In this document: one piece after another, positions 37,789 through 47,111 of the stretch | Layout: the number at the start of each line of letters is the position of its first letter | How positions within the stretch are numbered: the stretch's first letter is position 1 | Source: a virus | Virus record (IMG/VR): IMGVR_UViG_3300024348_000004 | DNA length: 64,000 bases | Reading direction: 5' to 3' (one strand) | Translations under genes and position numbers: made by a program | Notes under the pieces: model-generated | Databases searched by the model: none | Seen by the model: the letters and a program-made list of their open reading frames with translations, nothing else | Told to the model about the DNA's origin: nothing

Positions 37789-39107
37789 TGAAAATGTTTT
37801 ATGGTATAGTAGAAGACCGTAACGACCCACTAAAGATTGGTAGGGTTCGTGTTCGTGTACATGGTTTACATACAGATGATAAACAGATGATTGCAACCCC
37901 CGATTTGTCATGGTCTCAAGTTATTCTACCAACAACTTCTGCTGGACTATCAGGATTCGGAACACAACACGGACTCGTTGAGGGGTCTACTGTTATTGGT
38001 TACTTTAGAGATGAAAATGTTCAACAAGATTTTGTAGTAACAGGGTCTGTTGCTGGTATTCCTGCTCAAGGATATAGAGAATCTATAACCGATGAGTTAA
38101 TAAAGAGAGAGGTCATCAAAGGATTTAATGACCCACGTAGATTAACATCAGCAGACTATGTCGACACCCCCGATGGCGCTTCACCTACACAATCCCCAAA
38201 TCGTACATTTGGTTTAGAGAAAGGTTTAGATGAGTTCCCCAAGAAACCTCAAGAGATAGAAATCAATCTTATAGATGGAACAGGGTCAACAATAACAGAG
38301 TTGGAACTTACTGATTCAGACTTACCATACTATCCGTTGTATTATGATAAGACAGATGTATCTCAATCCGCAACAGGAGATAAGGATTACACTAGTAGAG
38401 ATATAAGTGCAGTTAACTCCAAACCCGATACACCGATGGGTATGATACCTTCAGTAGCGGCACCAATATATCCGTTTAACAAAACAATAGAAACTGAATC
38501 GGGACACTTGATAGAAATCGATGACACTCCTACACTAGAAAGACTAGCTATCGAACATCGTTCAGGAACGTTTCAGGAAATCCATCCCGATGGTAGTGTG
38601 GTGCAACGTATAGTAAATGATAACTATCAAGTAATTGCAAAGGACAACAAACTTTATATAGCAGGTAATGCTGATATAACTGTAGAAAAAGGTAATGTCA
38701 CTATCAATGTGAATACAGGTAATGTATCCACAACAGTACTCAAGGGTAATGTTGACACTAAGGTTATGGAAGGAAACGTTGACTTATATGTTAAGGGTAA
38801 TGTATCCGAGGTCATTGATGGTAATGTTGATTCACAGATTGGTGGAACACTTAATGCTGATGTGGTTGGTAATACTACATTCACTTCACCAACCACAACA
38901 ATGACTACAAACTTAACGGTTGATGGTACAGTTCATATCACTGGTGCTCAGACAAATGATTCTACAATTCATGCAGTCGGTGATATATCAACTGATGAAG
39001 GAAATGCTCCAACACTTGCAACACATAAACACAAATCGACTTCACAAGATAGTGGTGAAGGTGTTAACGCAGGTAAGAAAAAAGATACAAGTGTTGCCGA
39101 TGAGTAA
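37788..39107 (+). CDS. gp5: Baseplate central spike gp5 (no lysozyme domain)
   Basis: 'GIVEDRNDPLKIGRVRVRV' OB fold, 'TESGH..EIDDTP', VxGN beta-helix repeats, 'HKH' apex motif. Confidence 0.9.
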   Translation: MKMFYGIVEDRNDPLKIGRVRVRVHGLHTDDKQMIATPDLSWSQVILPTTSAGLSGFGTQHGLVEGSTVIGYFRDENVQQDFVVTGSVAGIPAQGYRESITDELIKREVIKGFNDPRRLTSADYVDTPDGASPTQSPNRTFGLEKGLDEFPKKPQEIEINLIDGTGSTITELELTDSDLPYYPLYYDKTDVSQSATGDKDYTSRDISAVNSKPDTPMGMIPSVAAPIYPFNKTIETESGHLIEIDDTPTLERLAIEHRSGTFQEIHPDGSVVQRIVNDNYQVIAKDNKLYIAGNADITVEKGNVTINVNTGNVSTTVLKGNVDTKVMEGNVDLYVKGNVSEVIDGNVDSQIGGTLNADVVGNTTFTSPTTTMTTNLTVDGTVHITGAQTNDSTIHAVGDISTDEGNAPTLATHKHKSTSQDSGEGVNAGKKKDTSVADE

Positions 39108-39119
39108 TGTATGAGAACG

Positions 39120-39127
39120 TATAAATA
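39120..39127 (+). promoter_or_regulatory. Late promoter
   Basis: TATAAATA, 5 nt before gp25 ATG. Confidence 0.8.
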
Positions 39128-39132
39128 GAACT

Positions 39133-39555
39133 ATGAAAGATGTAAAAAACAATGCTTCAACCGTAGCAACTTCAAATCTATATTCTGATTTGGATTTATT
39201 GTTTCAACCACATCCAGTTACTGGAGATGTGACTAGGAAAACAGATGTTGCATCTATTAAAAGGGCAGTAAGAAATATTGTTCTAACAAATGCATATGAA
39301 AGACCATTCAAACCAGGCTTTGGTGGTAATCTAACAAGTAAACTATTTGAATTAAATACAGATAGAGGAATCCGAAGAGTTGGGGAATCGTTATCTAAAA
39401 CTATAACAACCTTCGAACCAAGAGTTGAGAATGTAACAATTCGTATAGATGAAGATAAATTCGATACCAATACACTAGATGTATCAGTATCATATAGTAT
39501 TAAAAATGGAGTAAGAGACCAATCCGTAAAAATCGCAGTAACGAGGGTAAGATAA
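39133..39555 (+). CDS. gp25: Baseplate wedge gp25
   Basis: 'YSDLDL.F', 'ERPFKPGFG', 'FEPRV'. Confidence 0.92.
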   Translation: MKDVKNNASTVATSNLYSDLDLLFQPHPVTGDVTRKTDVASIKRAVRNIVLTNAYERPFKPGFGGNLTSKLFELNTDRGIRRVGESLSKTITTFEPRVENVTIRIDEDKFDTNTLDVSVSYSIKNGVRDQSVKIAVTRVR

Positions 39556-39556
39556 A

Positions 39557-41431
39557 ATGGCAAAAGTAAACAGTTCACAATTAAACATTACGGAATTAGA
39601 CTTTGATAATATTGCTCTGAATCTAAAAGACTTTTTAAAGGGACAAGACCAACTAAAAGATTATAACTTCGAAGGGTCGACTATGTCAGTATTGATTGAC
39701 CTTCTTGCATACTCTTCTCATATCAGTGCAGTTAACACTAACATTGCTGGTAGTGAATTGTTTCTTGATTCCGCACAGATAAGAAAGAATGTAGTATCTC
39801 GTGCTAAAGATTTGGGATTTGTTCCCTCTTCAGAAACTGGTGCAACAGCACTTGTCGATTTAACTGTTTCAAATGTTAGAAATGGTGATGGTAGCATACC
39901 AACTTCTGGCGACATGACACTCAACAGGGGTGCAATCTATCAAACTGTATATGATGGAAGTACTTATGATTTTGTTGTTACAGAAAGTACGAAACCATCT
40001 CAGAACGGAAATGAATTTAGATATTCAAACGTAGGACTTACACAAGGCACTTATGCAAATGATACCTTTGTATTTGATACACAAATGTCAAATCCAAAGT
40101 TTGTCCTTAGTAATGCCAGAGTAGATAAACAACACATCCAAATAAGTGTGAACTCGGGTGGTTCTTCTGCTACTTACACACTGTCAACTGGTATCTCAAA
40201 TATCACAACTACATCTAAAGTATTCTATGAACAAGAAAACGAAGATGGGTATAGAGAAATATATTTTGGAGATGGTGTACTAGGTGCAGCTCTTAAAGAT
40301 GGTGACATCATTACAGTAACTTATATCGTAGTTGATGACTATCATGCAAATGGTGCTAATGTATTCACACCTGTAAATGGTATTAATGGGTTCAGTAATA
40401 TTTCTGTATTGACTGTTAGTAAGGCCGCTGGTGGTTCTGAAAAAGAATCTATCGACTCAATCAAATTTAAAGCAACAAAGTTTTACACTTCACAAAACAG
40501 ACTGGTAACACTGAATGACTATAAAGCAAAGGTCAGTGAGTATTATCCAAACGCAGATGCAGTTGCGGTATGGGGTGGTGAAGACAACAACCCACCCGAA
40601 TATGGTAAAGTGTTTATTGCACTTAAACCTAAGAACGCAGACTATCTATCAGAAGTAGAACAGAAACAAGTTGTTCAAAAACTGAATGCATTAAACATGT
40701 TAACAGTTAGACCAACTATTGTCAACCCCGAGATTATTAAGATATTAATTTCTACTACATTCAAATATAACCCTGCTGGAACCACACTAAGTAAAGGTGA
40801 ACTTGAGAGTATTATAACCAATGCTATTAACACATTTGATGCATCTAATTTGAGTAACTTCGATTCTATATTCAGACATTCTAATTTAGTAAAATCTATA
40901 GACGAAGCAAATGATTCTATACTCTCTAACATCACAAACCTAAGATTACGTAAATCACAGAAAGTGGTTACAGACCAATCTAAAGGTGTTACAGTAGACT
41001 TTGGTAATGGGTTATATAACCCTGTATCAGGTTATGCAACAGAAATAGGTGGTATCATAGTTACCACTGGTTTCAAGGTGTCAGGGGACACAGTAAACAC
41101 ACAATATTTTGACGATGATGGAAAGGGAAATCTAAGAAGATTCTATCTATCAGGCGCAACAAGAATTTATCTAGATAATTCAGCTGGAACAGTTGAGTAT
41201 TCTACTGGTAAAATTTCAATTAATAATATCTTCTTCACTTCAACAGAGAAGACAGATAGTACGATTGACTTCACCATTATACCAGCATCATTTGATGTTG
41301 TTGCTTCTAGAGGTAATCTAGTTGACATCGACCAACAAATGATTTCGGTTAAAGGTGAGATAGACACCATCGCAAGTGGTGAAAGTAGTGCTGGTGTTGG
41401 GTATAACTCAACATCTAGTACATCATATTAG
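39557..41431 (+). CDS. gp6: Baseplate wedge gp6
   Basis: 'LDFDNI', 'DYNFEGS', 'FLDSAQIR', 'QNRLVTLNDY', 'WGGEDN'. Confidence 0.92.
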   Translation: MAKVNSSQLNITELDFDNIALNLKDFLKGQDQLKDYNFEGSTMSVLIDLLAYSSHISAVNTNIAGSELFLDSAQIRKNVVSRAKDLGFVPSSETGATALVDLTVSNVRNGDGSIPTSGDMTLNRGAIYQTVYDGSTYDFVVTESTKPSQNGNEFRYSNVGLTQGTYANDTFVFDTQMSNPKFVLSNARVDKQHIQISVNSGGSSATYTLSTGISNITTTSKVFYEQENEDGYREIYFGDGVLGAALKDGDIITVTYIVVDDYHANGANVFTPVNGINGFSNISVLTVSKAAGGSEKESIDSIKFKATKFYTSQNRLVTLNDYKAKVSEYYPNADAVAVWGGEDNNPPEYGKVFIALKPKNADYLSEVEQKQVVQKLNALNMLTVRPTIVNPEIIKILISTTFKYNPAGTTLSKGELESIITNAINTFDASNLSNFDSIFRHSNLVKSIDEANDSILSNITNLRLRKSQKVVTDQSKGVTVDFGNGLYNPVSGYATEIGGIIVTTGFKVSGDTVNTQYFDDDGKGNLRRFYLSGATRIYLDNSAGTVEYSTGKISINNIFFTSTEKTDSTIDFTIIPASFDVVASRGNLVDIDQQMISVKGEIDTIASGESSAGVGYNSTSSTSY

Positions 41432-41512
41432 TATGCATAAAGTGGTCTAGGACACATGGTGTGTGCCTAGAGTAGCATTCCATTAACTTGGTTTTTATAG
41501 GAGAAAAACAAA

Positions 41513-41992
41513 ATGGCAGATAAAAAAATTAGCGCATTAACAGCGGTTGCTGACGCAGCAATTGGTGGAGATGATTTACTACATATCGTAGATAACCCAG
41601 GCGGTACACCTGTTAATAAAAAGATGACTATTGCTCAACTTTTTAAGAACATCCCTACATTCTTGGCGAGTGACGATATCACAACTTTAACAGCAAGTGC
41701 AACAGACCTTGCATCTTCATTCGTTACTATTATTAATGGTAATGGTTGGGGTGCTCATACCAACTTTACGTTGGATGACGGTACTGCAATTGGTCAGTTA
41801 AAAATTATTATTGCAGGTACAGAACCAGCATCTTCATACGAAGGTAGGATTACAGTTACTAATTGGCAGAAGTCAACTACAGCTGCTCCACAAATCAAAT
41901 TAGATTCACAAGGTGAAGCTGTTGTATTGATTTGGACTGGTACTGCATGGAACCTAGTCGCTAACACTGGCGCAACAGTAAGTTTTGCTTAA
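41513..41992 (+). CDS. Small virion structural protein (KISAL N-terminus)
   Basis: 'MADKKISALT'; beta-rich C-terminal domain; hairpin CTAGG/CCTAG in leader. Confidence 0.6.
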   Translation: MADKKISALTAVADAAIGGDDLLHIVDNPGGTPVNKKMTIAQLFKNIPTFLASDDITTLTASATDLASSFVTIINGNGWGAHTNFTLDDGTAIGQLKIIIAGTEPASSYEGRITVTNWQKSTTAAPQIKLDSQGEAVVLIWTGTAWNLVANTGATVSFA

Positions 41993-42002
41993 GTAGATAT
42001 AT

Positions 42003-45000
42003 ATGCAAGAGTACCAAACAGATAGTTTGAGTTCGAGACTTCCTTCTCTACTTCCCGAGTATTTGAAGGAAGAATCTCCAGCGCTTGAAAGCTTTCTAAA
42101 AGCGTACTTTGAATTTTTAGAAGCAGAGATTATTACTCTCTCTTCACAATCTACTTTAGATAACTTGAGTTTAGAAGACGGTGTCGGGGACTTAATATTA
42201 GAAGACGCCACCGTCTCTAACAGGTTTAGTGATGAGTCAAGAAAGATAGTCACAGAACAAAGTGTTACTAACACAGAAAAGACTGCTGGCCCATTTACTA
42301 AGGGTGAGTATGTTGTTGGTAATAAAAGTAAGTCAGTTGGTAAGGTAACATTAGTTACAACTGATAAACTATATGTACAGACAATTGAAGGATATGGTTT
42401 TCAAAAAGAAGAAACTATTACTGGTAGAGAGTCTTTACAAACAGCAGTTGTAGAAAGTTTCAAACAGAATACAGTTCTTGCAACAAATAAGTTGTTAGAC
42501 TATTCGGATGTAGACAGAACAACAGAAGAATTCCTTCAGTATTTCCAAAATGATTTAATCCCATCTTTGGATATTGGTAATACTGTTAATCGTAGACTTA
42601 CGATTAAAAACATAAAAGATTTATATCAATCAAAGGGTACTGCTGAATCAGTCAAGTTCCTTATGAGATTGTTGTACGGTGAAGATGCAACAATTAGATA
42701 TCCCGATAATGAAACACAGTATATATCCGAATCGGGTTATAACGAAATTAGAAGATTACGTGTTGTAGTAGATACAGGACTACCATCTGCAACAGATAGA
42801 ATTATTCAATACACCCCCAACAGCACATTTATAGAAGCAGAAGCTATTATCGAAAGTGTGTTTGTAGATAACTTCGATGAAAAAGAGTATGCCTTAGAGA
42901 TTACTATAAATCACTCAGGCACATTCACTCAAGGTAGTGTAGTAACTTTCATTGACAGAGATGGTATAACAGAGTATACTGGTACTGTATTAGGTATCAT
43001 CAATCAAGTCAGTAGAGAATCCTCTTCAACTTATGTATCGCATGACGATGACGGTGTCATCTTACTAGAAGGTGAAAATACTGGTGGACTATTATACGAA
43101 CAACAAGGTGTAGGTTCATTATACACCAAGAATGATATTATAGAATTCGCTGGAAGTAAAAGTAATCACACAGCACTAAACGCTAGAGGTGCAGTTGATG
43201 GTTTGACTAGAGGTGGCATCACTAAAATCTACATCGATACAGAAGGTACTGGTTATGATGGCGAGGACTTAATTGTATTTGATAATGCTGGAACTTCAGG
43301 TGGTGGTGCAGAAGCAGTAATTGGTTCTGTAGGTGACGAAGTCATGCTCGAAGGTGGTACAGTATATGGTCACTTTACTATTACTGCAACTCAAGGACAA
43401 ACCCTATTTGGTGGTGCTGGAGTTACAGATGACAATGGTATGGCAATATTCTTCAATGATGCAGACCTTGTAGTTTTTAAAAATGATATAAGACAAACAC
43501 CAAACACTACTTACACTACACACGATTATACACATAGAAATGACAGAGTTGTATTCACCGCAGGTTTGAATGCTGGCGATAGAGTTGACTTATACACCGA
43601 ATTTAACAGACTAACATATGAAGATAATACAAACAATGGGGATACCATTGTACTAGAAACTACCGTAGGGAATGTTAGAAGTATACGAATTAAATCAGGT
43701 GGTAGTGGATACGAACAAGTCCCTGCTTGTTGGCCTGGTGGTTACATTTACTTTAATGACCTTAGTGGATTTGAAGTTGGTGAAACAGTTACAGGTGGCA
43801 CCACTGGTGCAACATCTACTATCTTGCGTATAGAAGAAGATAGAAACCGACTAGTGGTCAAACGATTGCCGACAGACACTGGTGGATACCAAAATGGAGA
43901 AACAATTATTGGTGGTACAACATCCACTAGTAGAGTGAATGTCGAAACACAGGTTACTAGAGGTGAGGGTGCTAGACTATTTGCATACTCAGATGATATC
44001 GGTGGTATCACATCTATAAATCTCATAGAACAGGGTAGTCATTTCTATTCAGATGGTATTTTATCAGATACTAGTTTCTTCCCAATGTTAATTAGTAGTC
44101 CATCAGCAGTACCACAACAAAATGTAGTCATTGAAGGACAAGTTTCAGGAAGTACTGCAACCATTGTTAAGTATGATGCAACAAGACACATACTAGTGTA
44201 TAAAAACTTAAGTGGTTGTTTCGCTGATAACGAGACTGTTGCATTTAACAATGTCGACACATTTAAGATTTTAAAAACAAATCCATATAATGGTATTGGT
44301 AAGTTTGCTGGTGAAGGTAACATGCAAGAACAGTTTGTCACAGACAAAGGACAACTCAATACTTCCGCTAACCACTTACAAGATAGTTTATATTACCAAA
44401 CACACTCATATGTAATTAAAGTTGCAGAGTCTATTAACAAATACAGGTCAGTAGTAAAAGACTTGTTACATCCTGCTGGACATATATTCTTTGGTGAGGT
44501 TGGACTAGAAAAGTCAGTAACAGGTATTACACCTACATCTAAATTTGTGCCAACAATTATCTTGGTTATGAAACCTGTTTTGTATGTACCCGATGCATTC
44601 TCAAACTCATTGAGAACATATTTACTCCATGCAGATATGTCTTCAACAGGCCCCGAAGGTGGTGTTGGACTATTAACACTTGATGAAGCAGGTCAACCAA
44701 CTAATAATACAGACCCAAGAACTGGTGGTGAAATAACAGAACCAAGAACAGAATATGGCGATTCTTCACATAGAAGTCGACATATGAACATCCTTAAGAT
44801 TGTCAATAAATCAGTTCCTTCAGTTAGAGTAGATAATGTGAGAGGTGTTGTTAGGTCTGTAGGTTCAGTCAATTTAATGGACAATCAAATAACACTTGAT
44901 TATCATAATAGAAAGTTCGTTGCAGCTGACCAAGGTAAGATACAAAGTTTACATGTACATAGTGAAGAAAGACTCATTATGGAAGACGGTTGTTATATAG

Positions 45001-45542
45001 AATTCGAAGAAGATGCATGTTTAATGAGAGCAGAAGAACAAGTGGGTGCTATCGTTAAAGGTGAGTTTGGTTCTACATTCTTATCAGAGGATGGTGAGTT
45101 CAATATAAGATTAGAAAGTGCTACAACAGACGAAGAGAAAACATTCTTTGTCTCAGAAGCTACAATTGATTTTGATGATAAATATACATTGACAGAAGAC
45201 GGTTTAAGATTGGTGATGGAAGATGGTTCCCCAATAACAGACGAAGAATCTTCTGAAAATAGTATTACAACATATATCCCATTTGGCCCAACATTTAAAA
45301 CCATAAATACAATGAGCGGTCAACAGACATATCGCATCTCCTATTATATTAAAGATGAAGAAGATGATGGTATATTGATGGAGGACGGATATGGAACCAT
45401 GTTAAATGAAGATTCCATACCCGAAGGACTTAGAATTTCAGATTTGGATTTTGTTTATCCGAAGATGTTTATGCCTAAGTTTAAGACTAACGAAAGAAAA
45501 CGCATAGATTTATCATATTCTGCCTACGTAAAGTCGGCATAA
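42003..45542 (+). CDS. gp7: Baseplate wedge initiator gp7-like
   Basis: 'FLKAYFEFLE', 'LYQSKGT..S.KFLMRLLY', 'QDSLYYQTHSYVIK', 'LLHPAG'. Confidence 0.8.
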   Translation: MQEYQTDSLSSRLPSLLPEYLKEESPALESFLKAYFEFLEAEIITLSSQSTLDNLSLEDGVGDLILEDATVSNRFSDESRKIVTEQSVTNTEKTAGPFTKGEYVVGNKSKSVGKVTLVTTDKLYVQTIEGYGFQKEETITGRESLQTAVVESFKQNTVLATNKLLDYSDVDRTTEEFLQYFQNDLIPSLDIGNTVNRRLTIKNIKDLYQSKGTAESVKFLMRLLYGEDATIRYPDNETQYISESGYNEIRRLRVVVDTGLPSATDRIIQYTPNSTFIEAEAIIESVFVDNFDEKEYALEITINHSGTFTQGSVVTFIDRDGITEYTGTVLGIINQVSRESSSTYVSHDDDGVILLEGENTGGLLYEQQGVGSLYTKNDIIEFAGSKSNHTALNARGAVDGLTRGGITKIYIDTEGTGYDGEDLIVFDNAGTSGGGAEAVIGSVGDEVMLEGGTVYGHFTITATQGQTLFGGAGVTDDNGMAIFFNDADLVVFKNDIRQTPNTTYTTHDYTHRNDRVVFTAGLNAGDRVDLYTEFNRLTYEDNTNNGDTIVLETTVGNVRSIRIKSGGSGYEQVPACWPGGYIYFNDLSGFEVGETVTGGTTGATSTILRIEEDRNRLVVKRLPTDTGGYQNGETIIGGTTSTSRVNVETQVTRGEGARLFAYSDDIGGITSINLIEQGSHFYSDGILSDTSFFPMLISSPSAVPQQNVVIEGQVSGSTATIVKYDATRHILVYKNLSGCFADNETVAFNNVDTFKILKTNPYNGIGKFAGEGNMQEQFVTDKGQLNTSANHLQDSLYYQTHSYVIKVAESINKYRSVVKDLLHPAGHIFFGEVGLEKSVTGITPTSKFVPTIILVMKPVLYVPDAFSNSLRTYLLHADMSSTGPEGGVGLLTLDEAGQPTNNTDPRTGGEITEPRTEYGDSSHRSRHMNILKIVNKSVPSVRVDNVRGVVRSVGSVNLMDNQITLDYHNRKFVAADQGKIQSLHVHSEERLIMEDGCYIEFEEDACLMRAEEQVGAIVKGEFGSTFLSEDGEFNIRLESATTDEEKTFFVSEATIDFDDKYTLTEDGLRLVMEDGSPITDEESSENSITTYIPFGPTFKTINTMSGQQTYRISYYIKDEEDDGILMEDGYGTMLNEDSIPEGLRISDLDFVYPKMFMPKFKTNERKRIDLSYSAYVKSA

Positions 45543-45545
45543 CTG

Positions 45546-45553
45546 TATAAATA
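45546..45553 (+). promoter_or_regulatory. Late promoter
   Basis: TATAAATA. Confidence 0.75.
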
Positions 45554-45585
45554 GTATAATAAATATCTGTAGGAGATAACTAAAA

Positions 45586-47067
45586 ATGGCAGCAATTATA
45601 ACAGAAAAGTTTCGTACCCATAATGCGAAACAGTTCAAAGAGGATTTTGGTGAATCAGCTTCATCAACGTATATTTTCATAGGAAGGTCACACGCATGGC
45701 CAACTGATACTTCACCCCCTGTTCCAGTAAACGGAACCAGCGAAGAGATGGATTCATTTGATGACATGCTTTCAATGAAGAAAGTGGGTAGTGGTGATGT
45801 ATCACATTGTTTACCAAGATACGATTGGACTCTAAACACAATTTACGATGAGTATGCACACGATTACAGTACAGGAAACACTACACCAAATGGTGGTAGT
45901 AACCTATGGGGTGGTAAATTCTATGTAATGACAGATGACTACAATGTATACAAATGTATTAGAACTGCAAGAAACAGTGCAGGCGCTGTAGTTGGTTCAA
46001 ACGTTAAACCTACAGGAACATCAGCAACATCTTTGATTTACACTGCAGATGTTGATGCTTCAAACAACGCTTATCCACAAGGATATATTTGGAAGTATAT
46101 GTATACAGTTACTGCCGCTGATACAATCAAATATGTTACTTCAGATTTCATCCCAGTTAAAACTCTTGGTGCTGTAGCAGCTGTTGCTGGTACTGGTAGT
46201 AATGGTACATTGGGGTCTACTGCAACAGACGATTCTTCTTCATTGTGGGATGTTGAGAATAGTGCAGTTAATGGTGCCATATATCACGTAAGAGTTGACA
46301 ACGGTGGTGCAAGTTACACTGCTGGAACATATACTGGAGTCCCAATTGCTGGGGATGGTACAGGTGCTACATGTTCAATTGTTGTTGGTAGTGATGGCGC
46401 TATCGATTCAGTTAACTTAACTACAACCGCATATGGTTCGGGTTACAAACGTGCTTCAATCGAACTTGCTGAATCAGGTCAATCAGGACTTGTTGCTGGT
46501 TCGGGTGCAGTATTGACACCAATCATTTCACCTATGAACGGACATGGTGCAGACCCAGTTGAAGAACTTGGTGGTAACCATATCATTGTAAACTCAAGAT
46601 TTGAGTTTGCTGAAGGTTCGGGTGACTTCCCAACAGACAATGACTTTAGAAGAATCGGTCTTCTACAAGACCCATTTGCTAAGGGTACTACATCTGTATT
46701 TACAGATACAACTGCAAATGTATGTTCAAAAATGACACTTGCAAACGCTAGTTCTTTAGAGGTTGATGATTTAATTGCTTCTGCTGGTACTGAAGTATCG
46801 GGAACTGCTAAATCTAGAGTAATCTCAGTAAGTGGTAACGTTGTTACTCACCAGCCGATCGCTAATAGTAAAGGTGCATATGTAAACTTCACTTCTGCCG
46901 ACACAGTGTTCAGAGGTTCAAGTAGTATTAGTGATGTTTCTTCAGTAGATAGTGCATTCCCCGAAGTAGAAAGATTTAGTGGTAACTTATTATATGTTGA
47001 AAACAGAGGTGCGGTAACACGTGCTGCTGACCAAATCGAAGATATCAAACTTATCATCGAAATGTAA
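45586..47067 (+). CDS. gp8: Baseplate wedge gp8
   Basis: 'MAAIITEKFR', 'VYKCI', 'GYIWKYMYT', 'GHGADPVEELGG', 'EDIKLIIE'. Confidence 0.9.
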   Translation: MAAIITEKFRTHNAKQFKEDFGESASSTYIFIGRSHAWPTDTSPPVPVNGTSEEMDSFDDMLSMKKVGSGDVSHCLPRYDWTLNTIYDEYAHDYSTGNTTPNGGSNLWGGKFYVMTDDYNVYKCIRTARNSAGAVVGSNVKPTGTSATSLIYTADVDASNNAYPQGYIWKYMYTVTAADTIKYVTSDFIPVKTLGAVAAVAGTGSNGTLGSTATDDSSSLWDVENSAVNGAIYHVRVDNGGASYTAGTYTGVPIAGDGTGATCSIVVGSDGAIDSVNLTTTAYGSGYKRASIELAESGQSGLVAGSGAVLTPIISPMNGHGADPVEELGGNHIIVNSRFEFAEGSGDFPTDNDFRRIGLLQDPFAKGTTSVFTDTTANVCSKMTLANASSLEVDDLIASAGTEVSGTAKSRVISVSGNVVTHQPIANSKGAYVNFTSADTVFRGSSSISDVSSVDSAFPEVERFSGNLLYVENRGAVTRAADQIEDIKLIIEM

Positions 47068-47070
47068 TTC

Positions 47071-47089
47071 GTGGGGACTTGTTCCCCAC
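47071..47089 (+). terminator. Hairpin after gp8
   Basis: GTGGGGA...TCCCCAC; weak U-tail. Confidence 0.45.
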
Positions 47090-47111
47090 ATTAAAATAAA
47101 AGAGTGGAATT

